Positions 13,184 through 26,000 are shown, numbered from the whole stretch's first letter. The stretch: DNA of 58,788 bases, filler included, from Basidiobolus ranarum (GCA_040143965.1; 8 parts of 8 records of this genome joined end to end with filler, not necessarily neighbours in it); one strand, 5' to 3'. The notes: a model not told the origin generated them from the sequence alone. A program made the numbers and translations.

Positions 13184-14462
13184 CCAAATACTACATAATG
13201 AGTTGTCATTTACCTTATTTCAACATAGACCTGGTGTCCTTCTGTAACCTTAGTACCTGCCAAAGCTATTTTTCCAGCTACAAAAAGAGCCACTTCCTCA
13301 GATTCTTTTCCAAATTCTTACTTCCAAGATGTTGATCCATTAGTCTTGCCACCAAAAACTCCAAAGATAACTTGTCAGACCTTACTTCTTAAGCTGAGCA
13401 AGTTTAAATACTATTCTGGTAGACTTCTCAGAATAGTCATAATGATATCTTCTTCCTGTAAAGTTGCACCAATATTTTCCTGTTATTTTGCCAAAGATCT
13501 CCATTAGCAATATGCATAACAATGCCTTCAGACTTTTCCATCTTTATATTGAAGAATTTTTGTCTGAGAAAGAGTCTTTTAGCAAAACTCTTTGCTTCAT
13601 AACACTCTTTCAAGATAGTCCAAGTTTGATGGGAAATTGTTGCATATTGAATATTCTCAAGTTGTAAATCCTTCAAACTTTGACAAAAGACATTAAAGAC
13701 CTTCTTGTCCGTTTTCTTGTAAGCTTCTATTAAAGAAGAGTCAGAAGGTTCCTTTTCATCTCCAGAGTCTACATCCCAATGCTCCCTGTCTTGCAGCATA
13801 ATTTGCATCTTGAACTTGCAGAAATTGTAATTTTCTCCATCAAGCTTTTCAACATTTGATTTAATGAGAGCATTAGTAATGGTTTTCGTCATGCTGTAAA
13901 GGTTAGAACATGGGGCACATAATCTATTGGGAAAATATGAGCTGTTTGGAGGAATTTTCAAAAAGTGGACTTGTGAATAGCTCTATGACATAATTATTAA
14001 TTGTTCAAAATTTATACATTAATAAATTTTGATGGAAATACAGAAAACTAACACTAGGACATGTTCAGAGCATCTGCAGGAGTAAAATAAGCTATCTTTG
14101 GGGAAATTTGGATGAGGTTTGTAATTTCCAATATGGAATTGCTAATTCTTGCATTATGCATATATATATATATAATATATGCTCTGATTTGAAGTTAAGT
14201 GACATTTGATTAAATAATGTTGACTAACTTATATGTGATATACAAGTTAGTTAGGCAAGTATAGATAGAGATAATAAATATGATAAAGACCATGAACTTT
14301 GACATTTCTAACTACCTTAATTTGGATTCCAAGATAGTGTGTCTGTTCACCAAGATCAGTCACTTGAATTTGGCATGTAAGCCAGATTTGGCTTTCTTCA
14401 AGTCTTCAAGACATTAGTTGCTGTTATGCACCAACATACAAATTTGTTTAACTTACACCATA

Positions 14463-14648
14463 CCCTAACAGAAATTTGAGAATTGTTATTGTAGGAGAAC
14501 CATCACAATTTTAATCCATTTGGGATTGACCATTTACTTACCATCATAAAATTGTCAAGTTAGAATTGATTTTAATCAATTTTTTCAGTTTCAGGAGTGA
14601 AATTTCAAGATCTTGCAAAATAGTTGCAAATGATTGGCTAAAATCTCA
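14463..14648 (-). mobile_element. Terminus of repeat family D (putative CMC/CACTA-like DNA transposon)
   Basis: Starts CCCTAACAGAAATTTGAG; the same end occurs at 20045, 20515, 31159, 48264 and 58468. Confidence 0.7.
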
Positions 14649-14748
14649 NNNNNNNNNNNNNNNNNNNNNNNNNNNNNNNNNNNNNNNNNNNNTTAATTAA
14701 TTAANNNNNNNNNNNNNNNNNNNNNNNNNNNNNNNNNNNNNNNNNNNN
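14649..14748. other. Artificial contig linker
   Basis: N run with TTAATTAATTAA. Confidence 0.97.
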
Positions 14749-17700
14749 TGTTGAAATTAGGTAAATAACAACTCATTATTTAGCAGTTAGTTTATTCATA
14801 TTCTGATTATTTAGCACTCAATTCTGTCATTCCAGAATGTGTGTTTATTGCTCTAATTGATAGAAATATCAATTTGATCACTTTTACCTATTATCACTAT
14901 TTTCTCATAACTTCTCCAAATCATCTCAAATTTTCACCCATGCTTAATAGGCATGTTTGTGATGATCCTAGCATATGCAATAGTTCTGTTTTATATTAAA
15001 CTGTAAATTGGAAATATTCAATTCAATAAAACTAAGTGTCTAATCCACAAATCCAAATCTTGTCCAAAACACTTCCAAATTCCCTAAACACTTTATCAGT
15101 TACCACTAAAGAAAATTTGGAAATATGGTGCATTGATTCAGGAGCTTCCTAATATATGTCAAACAAGAAAGATTGGTTTTCCAGCTTAAAACCCATCAAA
15201 AAAAAGAAAGTCAACTTAGGTGATGACTATGTACTGGAAACCATTTGTAAGGGTGCAGTTGTACCTAATTTAGACCAAAATTCACCTATGCCATCTGCAA
15301 AATTGGTTGATATACTCTATGTACCAAATATAGCAAAGAATCCACTCTCAGTAAGCAAAGCAACAATGCAAGGACTAAATTTTGTGTTACACAAGGCTGG
15401 ATGCTTGATCACAGTTCAACATATGACCAAATAAGCTACTGCAATCAAAACTCAAAACTTTGACAAGCTACAAAACACCAAATTGCATTCTGTGCATGCA
15501 AACATGACCAAAACCAGTAAAATAAGCTGTCAAACATGGAATAAGATATTTGGCCACATTGAGGAACAAATACTGCCCCAAATGATCCAAAATCAGCTTG
15601 TTTCAGGCTTAGAAAATAAAAATAGCACCCAATTGGATCTGTTTGAAAACTGCATTTGTTAAAAACATCCCAGAGAGCCATTTTCAAGCTCTGGAGAAAT
15701 GAAATCCACTCAAAACTTGCCATGATTCATTCTCACCTATGTGGGCCTATGAAAAAAGGCTCCCTAGGTGGGGCAAGGTAGTTAATGAACTTTACTGTTG
15801 ACAAAACAAAGTATAGTTGGGTGTTGTTTCCTCAATCAAAATCTGAAGCCTTTCCAATATTTAACTACTACAAAGCAACATCAAAGCCTACAGACTGTCT
15901 GACACCAAAAATCGGAAGTAAACCAAGGGCCAAGATGTCCTTATTAACAAAAAAGTGTTATTTCACCTCAAATCACATTTATAGATCAAGAAAACACAAT
16001 AAGCAATAGTCAGGAAGTGTCTGATCAAATGCCAGCTATGTCTGAGCCCTATTGAAATAAAATTTCAGTCCCAAATACATGAGAGGATGATTCAGGATTT
16101 TGAACATCATCCAGTGGGAGAACTAAGCCAGGAAACCGGTGGAACACTTCCAATGATGATTTGTATGCTTACGCAGCATTCTGTGACAAGCCATGGACTC
16201 TAGATCAAGTTCTGGAGTGTCCAGAATCAGAAAATATGGGAAAAAGCAATGTCTGATAAGTACTCCGCACTGCAGGACGCTAAAACATGGGTTTTAAGCC
16301 CTCTACCATCAGAGAGAAAGCCAATAAGCTACAAATGAGTCTACAAAGTCAAAACCAAGCTGATGGAACCATCAAATGGTACCAAGCAACATAAGGTGCA
16401 AAACATCATTCCCCAACTCCAGGAGTGCATTCTAATAAAACCTTAGTTCCAGTAGCAAAGTTTAGCTCCAACAAATCAATTCTGGCACTTCTGGTCATCC
16501 ATAACCTTGATTTTGATCAACTGGAAGTAAAAACAGCACTTCTGAATGGAAATCTAGAAGAGGAGATCTGTATGGAGCAACCAGAGGATTTTGTTGACCT
16601 AAAACACCCTGATAAGGACTGTAAGCTGCAGAAATTGTTATATAGACTCAAGCAGGTACACAGGCCATGGTACAATAAGAATGATACCCATTTGGAGTTA
16701 CTAGAATTGCAAAAACGTACAGCAGATCATTGTATTTACAGCAATAGCACCAGAAATAGGATCCTTCTCTTGGCACTTTGTGTAGATGACTGATATGGGT
16801 GAATTAAGTTATTCTTTGGAAATCCAAAGCAAGAGAAATATACTTGATCAGAAAGTCAAGCCAAATCAGCCTAGATATATCCTAAGCATCCTATAAGGTC
16901 TCAACATGGAGATTAGCAAGCCTGTATTAAAACCAATGGATTGCAATGTGTAATTATTGAAAATTTCATCCAATTTGGCCTCAATTTATTCAAATCAAAG
17001 CCGGAAGTTCCCTTATCAATCAGTGGTTTGTATTTTAATGTATACAATGGTTTAAATGTGTCCAGAAATTGCTGTGGAAGTGGGGACTGTCAGCCAGTAT
17101 CTCAAAAATCTAGGATCTGAGCACAAAACTACAGTAAAACAGATATTCAGGTTTTGAAGAGGAACTGTGGATCTAGTTCTGGAATACTCTGCCACTCCTG
17201 ATGCACAAAATTTTGAAGGCTACAGGGAATCAGACTTGGGAAAACCTTGATGATAAAAGATCAACAACTGGGTATACTTTTCTCTAGGGTAATGGAGCCA
17301 TAGCTTGCAATAGTAAAAGGTTACCAGTCATAGAACTTTCCACTACTGAAGCAGAGTATATTGCTGTCTCTGCTATCCATAAAAAGCTATGTGGCTGAAG
17401 AAGTTATATACAGAATTGGTATACATGCAAAAACATGCCATTACTGTATTTGAAGATAATCAAAGCAGTATTTTCTTTGGCAAAAACCCTGTATTTCATG
17501 ATAGAACAAGACATATATATAATAGGCATCATTTTGTTGGAGAAGCAACAGAGAATAGTATGATTAAACATGTCTATTGTCCTACAGAAGAAATGATTGC
17601 TGACATCCTAACCAGACCTTAAGCTAAAGTACAAGTTGAATTATTGAGATAAAAGTCAAAATTAACAGAAATGCAAAATATTAAGTTGAGTAGGAATGTT

Positions 17701-18047
17701 GAAGTTTGGTTAATAGTAACTCATTGTTTAGCATTAGTTCATACAGATTCCGATTATTTAGCACTCAATTCCTCTTTACCAAAATGTGTGTTTATTGCTC
17801 TAATTGATAGAAATATCAATTAGAACACTTTTACCAATTTTCATCATTTTCTCAAAACTCCTCCAAATCATCTCAAATTTTTACCCATGCTTAACAGTCA
17901 AGTCTGTTTTGATCTAAGCACTTCCAATAATCCTATCTGATATAAAACTAAAAATAGGACATATTCAATTTAACAAAACTTAAGAGTCCAATTCACAAAT
18001 CCAAATCTGGTCCAAAACACTTCCAAGTCCCCTAAAAACCTTAATCA
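14749..18047 (+). mobile_element. Degenerate Ty1/copia family A element with both LTRs (14749-15098, 17697-18047); PBS and gag deleted
   Basis: TG...CA LTR pair of ~350 bp; protease (WCIDSGAS), partial integrase (HSHLCGP), RT (VKTALLNGNLEEEI, LCVDD), RNase H (EDNQSSI, MIADILT); purine-rich tract before the 3' LTR. Confidence 0.88.
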
Positions 18048-20045
18048 TTGAACACTGCGTTGTAGACAATTTGATTGAAGTATTACCACTAAGGAATGTC
18101 TGGCAGAACACCGTAGTGATTTGAATATATTTATGACTAAACACTCCAAAGTTGCTGTACAGGCCATGACAAGCAATAATGCTGCAATATGGCAATTAAT
18201 GCAGCATTCCAAAGCAACTAGTCAACAATTAGAGAGTCAAACAACAATGTTAGAAGATCTTCAAAATGATGAACTTAAGCTACAGCAACATGCTGCTCTC
18301 TCTGGCCATACTCATTCAGGTTTCAATCAATCCCCCACAATACATATAAATATTGCCCTCACATTGTAGCAGAGCAGAATATGCATTGGACCAGTAAGCC
18401 TACATAGCAACTCAAAATTACTTAGGCACACAAATGCAGAAACGTTGTGGGAAAACTAGCTAACCAAAAGACTCTGAATGTCAGAGCTTGTGCCACTTGA
18501 TCTACTGATGAGTGGTTCAACATTTTGGCAACTGGGCAGAATCTTGCCAACAATTACCTCAATTTGAACCAATATTGGAAAAACCAAAAACCCTGTGTTT
18601 CTTGGAACATTTTGACTTATTTCATGTGGCCTATGTTTGGTCTTTGCAAGCAAATGGCAATTGGGCTAGTATAGGCCTATTCATGAAACATCTCAAAAAA
18701 ATCACTGTTATCCACTTGGAAAATAAAGCAAAACAGCTATATCAGCACTGAAGGAGCAGGAATGTAGTAAACCCATGGGAAAGGAAAAGGATCCAGTGAG
18801 GTTAGGCTCCACTGTCTGACTTAACAAATTCTTCACACCATTACAAAGATCTGCATTTCCGGAGTAAGATTTACCAGCAGATATACTGGCAAAAGGTTTA
18901 ATTTTACCTTGGAACCAGATACACCGGTTGGAAGAGTGCTAAATTTAGCAACTTATCCAACACCTGGCAACTCTCAACAAGCCAAAACAACAGTAAATAA
19001 AACTCATGGCTCTCCAACCTCAACTGGTACTTTTCAGAGTCAGATATACTAGCAAAAAAGCTTAATTTTATCATGGAACCTAGTACACCACTTGTAAGAG
19101 TGCTAAATTTAGAAGTTAATCTAACTTCTGGCACCCCACACCAAGCTATAATACTAACAAACAATCCTCATGGCTCTCCAACTTCAACTAGTACTTTTCA
19201 GAATGCTGAAATTAGTCATAAACTTAAAGGCAAGCAAATAGCCACACAAACTCCACAAAGCAACCTCAGTATTTTCACACTACAAGGAGATATAAAAATA
19301 ATAAAATTACTTCAGGAGTAATTTCAAAAGTATGAAGGGAAAAATGCATTGGAAGTATGCAGAGAGTGGACTTTCAAAAGTGTGAATCAAAAAATGCAGT
19401 GCAAGTATACAGAGAGTGGCTTCAGATGAGTGACATTCAACTTCACATTCAGTTTGGAGTTGACCATGCAGATATTTGGGAAGAACTTAATTTGGAGTGG
19501 CACAATATTGCAGGGTATCCACCAGATAGCTGGAAGAATGTTGATACAGCAACATTGGTGTTGACCATGGAGATATCTGGAGAGTACCTAGCACCAGGTG
19601 CACAATATTGCAGGGTATCCACCAGATAGCTGGAAGAATGTTGATTCAGCAACATTGATACAATAGTGGGCTATGATGGATATGCTGATACAAACTTGTG
19701 TTGGATGTGAGCTAAATGGTAGATATGAAGAACCCTATAATAATATTCAGGAGAATATATCAAGGAAACTAGGGATTTCCAAGATGACAAATTAACATTC
19801 AAGTAGTAAATGTGTAAATTTGAGTTATGTTCTTTGCACCTGTGTTGATCCATAGTTATTTGAGATTGTACCAAACAGGTGCAACTATTTAGCAAGATTT
19901 TCAAATTTCACTCCTGAAGCAAACAAAATTGATTGAAATCAAATATGACTTGATGATTTTGTGACAGTTAGTGAGCAGTGAATCCAAAATGGATTGAAAT
20001 GGTGACAGCTTTCTTTCAATAACAATATTCAAATTTCTGTTAGGG
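18048..20045 (+). mobile_element. Family D element, right ~2 kb, with a decayed ORF of unknown function
   Basis: Homologous to the other D copies; ends ...AAATTTCTGTTAGGG at 20045; contains internal tandem duplications. Confidence 0.7.
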
Positions 20046-20514
20046 ACTAGGAATATGTCAATTAAACCAAGATAAAAATTTTGTTTGGTAAACCATAAAA
20101 TATGGTATAGAATTACAGGTTGAGAATTTAGGATTTCAAGGAACCACATAATTGTTTAACACTTCACTAGCTATAGTTCCACAAACTTTCAGCCTGGTTT
20201 GGAGGCTTCTCTTACTCCTATCAACGTAAATAAAACAATGAGTTCCAATTGGCCAACCATATATTTGATCACTAAATAAATTAATTGATTACTCTCTGAC
20301 AGATGTACAAATATACAAGCTAAAAAATTTCTCAAAATGGCTTCCAAAGTTATCATATCAAAGCCAGTATTTATCATGATTCCAATCTTGGCATACACAT
20401 CTATAATATTGGTGACTTTCTGTTATTAGATTATGACTACCTAACTGCTTTACCTTCTTTCTTTTCAGCAATGTGATGATTCATTGAGATTTCACTTCAT
20501 TCAAGTCATGTGAT

Positions 20515-21520
20515 CCCTGACAGAAATTTGAGGTTTGTTTTGGTAAGAGAACCAGGACAATGTTAATCCATTTTGGATTCATTGTTTAGTTACAATCATA
20601 AAATCATCAATTAAATTTGATTGTAATCAATTTTTTCAGTTTCAGGAGTGTAATTTCAAGATCTTGCCTACTAGTGGCACATGATTGGCTACAATCTCAA
20701 AAGACTATGGATCAACACATGTGCAAAGAACATAACTAAAGTTTTACACATTTAACACTTGAATGCTGATTTGTCACTTTCTATATCCTTATTTGTGTAA
20801 AATATTCTGTTGGTTATTTTTATATATTTCTTCATACCCAAGGTTTAGCTCATAACCTACACAAGTTTGTATCAATATCTCCATCAAAGCCCACAATTGT
20901 TATAATGTTGCTGACTCATCATTCTTCCAGCTATATGCAGATATCCTGCAATATTGTGACACTTGGTATTAGTTTCTTCCCAGATATCTGCATGGTCAAC
21001 ACCAGGCTGAAACTCAAGTTGAATGTCCTTTTGACAAAGCTACACCCTGCACACTTGTACTTCACTTTCCCTTCATACTTTGGGAAAAACTTGTTAAGCA
21101 CTCTCACTACTTTTATACATCCAGGCAGTGTGACACTACAGAGGGTGCTTTGTGGTGTTTGTGCATCTTTTTGCTTGCCTTTAAGTTAGGGACTAGTTTC
21201 AACACTTTGCTGAGAACTAGTTGAGGTTGGAAAGCAATGAGTTTTATTTGCTGATGTTTAGGCTTGTTGAGAGGGGCCAGATGTTGGACAAACTTCCAAG
21301 TTTACACTCTGCCAGCTGGTATACCTGGTTCCATGGCATAATTAACTTTTTTGCTTGTGCATCTGACTCTGGAAATACAGATCTTTGTAATGGTGTGAAG
21401 AATTTGCTATGTGGGACAGTGGAGCCTAAACTCACCAGCTCCTTTACTTTTCCCTTGAGCTTACTAACTTTCTGCACCTTAAGTACTTCTTTGGCTGCTT
21501 TGCCTATGCTACAAAATAGA
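20515..21520 (-). mobile_element. Family D element, right ~1 kb (inverted relative to the copy at 18048-20045)
   Basis: Begins CCCTGACAGAAATTTGAGG; reverse-complement similarity to ~18750-20045. Confidence 0.7.
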
Positions 21521-22015
21521 CGATGAAATTAGATAAATAGCAACTCATTATCTAGTGGTTAGTTTATTCATATTCTGTTTATTTAGTATGCAATTCTGTC
21601 ATTCAATAACATGTGTTTATTGCTCTAGTTGATAGAAATATCATTTACATCATGAAGATAATGTAGAGTTATTACAGTTATATGACCTGATTGACATGGG
21701 TAGAAGTGTAACTTGGGTGGAACTAGTAAGTCAAGAAAACATTGAGGAAACGCTGCTCAATGTTGACCTTGCTTATTACTGTATTGAAGGTAGTGAACTT
21801 GTTCCATTGTGCCAGGATTTATCGGACCTTGGATCAATATATTAGAGTAAATGTGATTGAAATTGATCATGCCAGATGGTGATGGATAGTGCCAAATTGT
21901 GCTGCATAAATTTTAGAATACTTTATCCAATATGATATATACAGCACAATCTGGCACTATCACAGAGAACAAGTCCATTGTGATAATACTGCTCCTAGAG
22001 CAAAGTCAGATACAT
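21521..22015 (+). repeat. Partial copia-A LTR (~21521-21645) followed by a fragment of a second gypsy family
   Basis: LTR-A 5' sequence, then a stretch matching 57360-57540 (cttgttccattgtgccaggattt...cacagagaacaagtcca). Confidence 0.65.
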
Positions 22016-22115
22016 NNNNNNNNNNNNNNNNNNNNNNNNNNNNNNNNNNNNNNNNNNNNTTAATTAATTAANNNNNNNNNNNNNNNNNNNNNNNNNNNNN
22101 NNNNNNNNNNNNNNN
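22016..22115. other. Artificial contig linker
   Basis: N run with TTAATTAATTAA. Confidence 0.97.
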
Positions 22116-22715
22116 GCTAATCCAGATACGATCTCTAGTCTAGAACCCGCAGTCAGCGAAGTTCCAACCTCCAGTGTAGACCCATCGGCCATTCCAGTCC
22201 CTAGTGATAATCCATCGGTCAGTGAAGCTCCAACATCCAGCGTGGATCCATCAGCTGATGAGACCTCAACTTCCAGTGTGGACCCATTGGCCACCGAAGC
22301 TTCAACATCTAGTGTGGATCCATCAGCCAGCGTTGCCCCAATTCCTATTGATAGCTCTATTGTTGGAGGAGAGGCGCCACCTAGTCATGCTACCGACCAA
22401 CCAGTCGAAACTGATGTAACGCAACCCACTGATGTTCCCGCCACAGAAGTCTCTACCGAGGCCCCACTCTCGGACTCGACTATAAATCCTTCTGTTGACA
22501 GTCAAATAATTCTTAGTACTTCTACAGTTGATGGTGGCCAAGTTACTAGCCAGTCTCCTGCTCCAGAGGCAACCCAGTCAGCTGAACCAGTAGAAGCCAC
22601 CCCTGAAGCAGCAAATATCGTGGGATCAACTAGTAATGGCGCAGTTGCTACCTCTAGCTCTATGGTGGTTTTTATTGTGTCCATGCTAACTAGCACTTTA
22701 TGGATGTCATCATAG
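22116..22715 (+). CDS. Ser/Thr/Pro-rich mucin-like, probably GPI-anchored cell-surface protein (3' part; 5' lost at contig end)
   Basis: Open frame from the contig start; ~12-aa repeats (TSSVDPSAxExx); C-terminal small-residue site plus hydrophobic tail (SNGAVATSSSMVVFIVSMLTSTLWMSS). Confidence 0.75.
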   Translation, partial: ANPDTISSLEPAVSEVPTSSVDPSAIPVPSDNPSVSEAPTSSVDPSADETSTSSVDPLATEASTSSVDPSASVAPIPIDSSIVGGEAPPSHATDQPVETDVTQPTDVPATEVSTEAPLSDSTINPSVDSQIILSTSTVDGGQVTSQSPAPEATQSAEPVEATPEAANIVGSTSNGAVATSSSMVVFIVSMLTSTLWMSS

Positions 22716-23066
22716 GTTTAATTTCAAAATATATTCATTATATGTCTCATTCATGTTTATCATTCAATAAATTCAGTATTACCATTGAAACAATTAAATC
22801 AGTATTTTGTGATAGTTAATGATAAGGCTAGTATAAGTAAATTTTCAAGTTCATTCTGGTTTTTCTGTGGACGGCAATCGAAAAGAGACTCAATCAGTCC
22901 AAATACCAACAGATGACAGAGGATATTTCTTTAGGATTACGCCAGTGAATTGATAATATCGAATTTTTAAAAATGTTATTTAACTAAGAAATACAACATT
23001 TGGTTTAAACTATCAAATGCAGTGGTTTAAATTGTTTTTAATAAAAGTTCAGTTCATCTGAATGGT

Positions 23067-26000
23067 TTAAGAAATGGTAATATTCGAATCTTGTAACTTC
23101 AATATTGTGACAACATGTGGCATGGTAGGTTGTTGCACATAGCTCTTAATTGAGCTCTGAGTATTATGAGAATTAGCACTTGTATTGTCCGAAGAGATTT
23201 CTTGACTTTGTCGTTTGGTTGCTTCCATCTGAACGCTAATCTTCCAGCGGCTTAAATTATATACTGCAGGCCGAGTGAAACAAGCATTGACCGTGATCTG
23301 TTGTTCTTCCTCTGGTGCAATCGTTCCGCCAAAGGTCGTAGGACCAGTCCAGTGGAATTTGGCTGGGTTAATGGTAGGCTTAGCTAAAATATTTCTGAAT
23401 GATGATTCATGTTAGTTAAGGTCGAACAGAATCACGATATAAAGAAACTTACCTAGTATTGGAAGTGGTATCTGATACGTCGTTATATGGTTGCATCTCT
23501 AAGGAATAGTTGACCATCCAATTCCATGAGCAATTTTTGAGTGAGAATGTGACGGGGATTTCTACTAGACTAAATATAGTAAACATAAAGGGTTAGATCA
23601 GATATTCGATCCCACGAAATTATTCTCTCCCATTTACCCGTTAGATTTGAAATCGTGATGATAAATATCTTTACAGTTGACTCGAACTCGCAGAGGATTT
23701 TCGTCTTTACGAGTTTTCATTAGACTACTAATCAATGTGGCTTTGTCACGAAGTGTAGCCTCGAATAATGCACGGTTACCAGACGAGGCTGGGTTACTAA
23801 GGAAACTAGGGTGAAAGGGATTTTGTTGCACGCCTGGATTGAATCCAATGATGTATTGATGTCCGTGTCTCTGCTGTCCTTGAATTCGCCAAAATAAGCA
23901 AAAGTCGATGTCGTTAGTGTTGAACAGAGTAAAGATTTTCTTGTGTTTAGTCAAGGGAATCATGGAATATTGATTCTTTAAAGATAATCTACGGAACTGC
24001 ATTCTAGCATTCATGAAGAGACTCTTCAGAGGGTCCTCGTAGGATTTAATACATTGATCCCCCTGTAGCGTAATGGTATAAGTAAGATCTCTCACAATGT
24101 CTTGGTGTATTCAAAGTACTTACAAGTGGAATGTCAACATATGATAGGTCAATAGGTGGTGCAGTGGTGTTGATTTCCTTGTTGATTAGCAAATGCTCTA
24201 GCCCGTTTAGAGTAAAAAGCTCAGGTGACATCTTTTCTGTAGTACTGGCATCTTCGGAATTCAAATGCTTAATCCGAAAGTATGTAAGAGTAGTTTGTTT
24301 TGGCCCGATTATGGTCTCGGTGGGCATTTCTCTATTCGGAAGTAATCATAGAAGAGGTTGTCAATAAATAAAATTGAAGGTTCAATATTATCAATGATAC
24401 TTACTCCGAAGATATAGGTTGAATTTCCCAATATGGACTCACTGAGGAAAGTTGAAGGAGCTCAAATTGAGTACCCGTTTGGACGTTTTCAGCCTATCAA
24501 AGAGAAGCTCAGTGGTGATTAGCAGACAATTTTACCGAATAAACAACTACCTCCAGTCCAAGAATGAATTCATTTAGCTTTGATGTGCTTTGCCGAGTGA
24601 ACGCATTGATCTTCAAAGAGGGGATTACTTGGGTGGTGTTTTTGTAGCGAAGATAACGAATATTGCCAACTCCAGATGTCTCCTATATATAAAAACATAA
24701 GACTTTGATTGATAAATAACCATTACAATAAAGTAAACCTCAGATTGATAGCTAAAGATGTAGAGGAATGAGTGACTTCCAATTTTATCTCCCCTGATCC
24801 ACACTGGGACCTCTACAGTTTCACCGGGATCAAGCTGGGTTGCCGAAGAGCCATCCGAAGCCAAGGGGATCGAGATAACACTAGGATCAAATAGCGTATT
24901 GCTGGTTTCCGTTGTATGAAGAGGAGCTTTGTGGGTGGACTCTTCTAAGAACCCAAAATTGCTGATTAAAAATGGATAATTTCTCTGACCATCAAAGAGT
25001 ATGTGAGTTACCTTCTCCTGGCTGGGACATTGGTCGGCCCAAATGAAAGAAGGCTGGATGACTGACTTTCACGTCAATATTTTTCATTCCTTTTTGTCCT
25101 ATATTGCGAATAACCAGTGTAGATTCTGCGATTTCCCCAGAAAACAAAATGTTTGGGAAGTTGCGAAACTCTACATCTAGCAATGGCATAGGGGAAGTCA
25201 CAACCATATCCAAACTATTGTCTTGGCCATAGAACTTCCCGAGTCGATGTTCTTTAGTATCGTTTAAACGTTTTCCTCTCTTGGAAAATTGGTTGAATCC
25301 TTTAGCAACATGGTTCAATGTGTAATGAATACCAGCTATACGTATGTATCCCTGTTTCTTAGGAGTAATAGATAACGTGATCTACAAGAGTGCATTAGTT
25401 CATATTGTGGCTAAGCGATTGAACTGACCATGAATATAGTGAGATGATATATACCGTCTTTTGCTCATCCCCTTCGATGCTAATATCGCCAATATTGCTG
25501 AACTCCATAAAATCAAGAGGCCCTTCATCAACCACAGGTGTGGACTCGTAATTTTCGCTTGATGCTTTGAACTCGGTTTCCGAATAAACACACTTGAGGG
25601 TAATATTGCCAATAATAATAGGGATTTGCATGGGATTGGTCATGACAAAAGAAACAAGTACCGGCTCTAGAAATATTTGTCAATATATTTAATAACTATA
25701 CTTAGCTGTGGTCAAATTACGTTCAATCATACCTCCAAGAGCACAGACAGTCTGTCCGTGACGAGTACTCTTATCTTGAATGTACGGCTCAGGTTGAAAG
25801 TAGTCTTGTTCTACAGATTCCCAATCACCCTCAACTTGCTCTGAAGATTGAGAACTTGATAGCATTATCCTTACAGATGAATTATCTATAACTGGTATCG
25901 GAAGGCCACCATAAGGAAGAAGCTCTGGCTCTTGTCCGGACTCTTGGACATATTGCTACATACAAAAAATATCACAGCAACGTTAAGTTTTTTGAAATAA

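Larger units (their letters stand above)
8448..13225 (-). mobile_element. Near-complete degenerate Ty1/copia element, family A (5' LTR ~12608-13225 interrupted, 3' LTR 8448-8799)
   Basis: Two related ~350-bp LTRs. Internal order gag-protease-integrase-RT ([34 protein letters not shown])-RNase H end, i.e. copia order. Confidence 0.85.
7376..14304 (-). mobile_element. Degenerate Ty1/copia element, family B: 5' LTR 13925-14304, PBS 13911-13924, gag 13226-13890; zinc knuckle/protease/integrase 7376-8447. Split by a nested family-A element.
   Basis: Gag N-terminus (EKLDGENYNFCKFKMQ...KRLFLRQKFFNIKM), CYGCNQPGH knuckle, SGASQY protease region, TDNGGE and PQQNGVAE-like integrase motifs; many stops and frameshifts. 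Confidence 0.8.
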
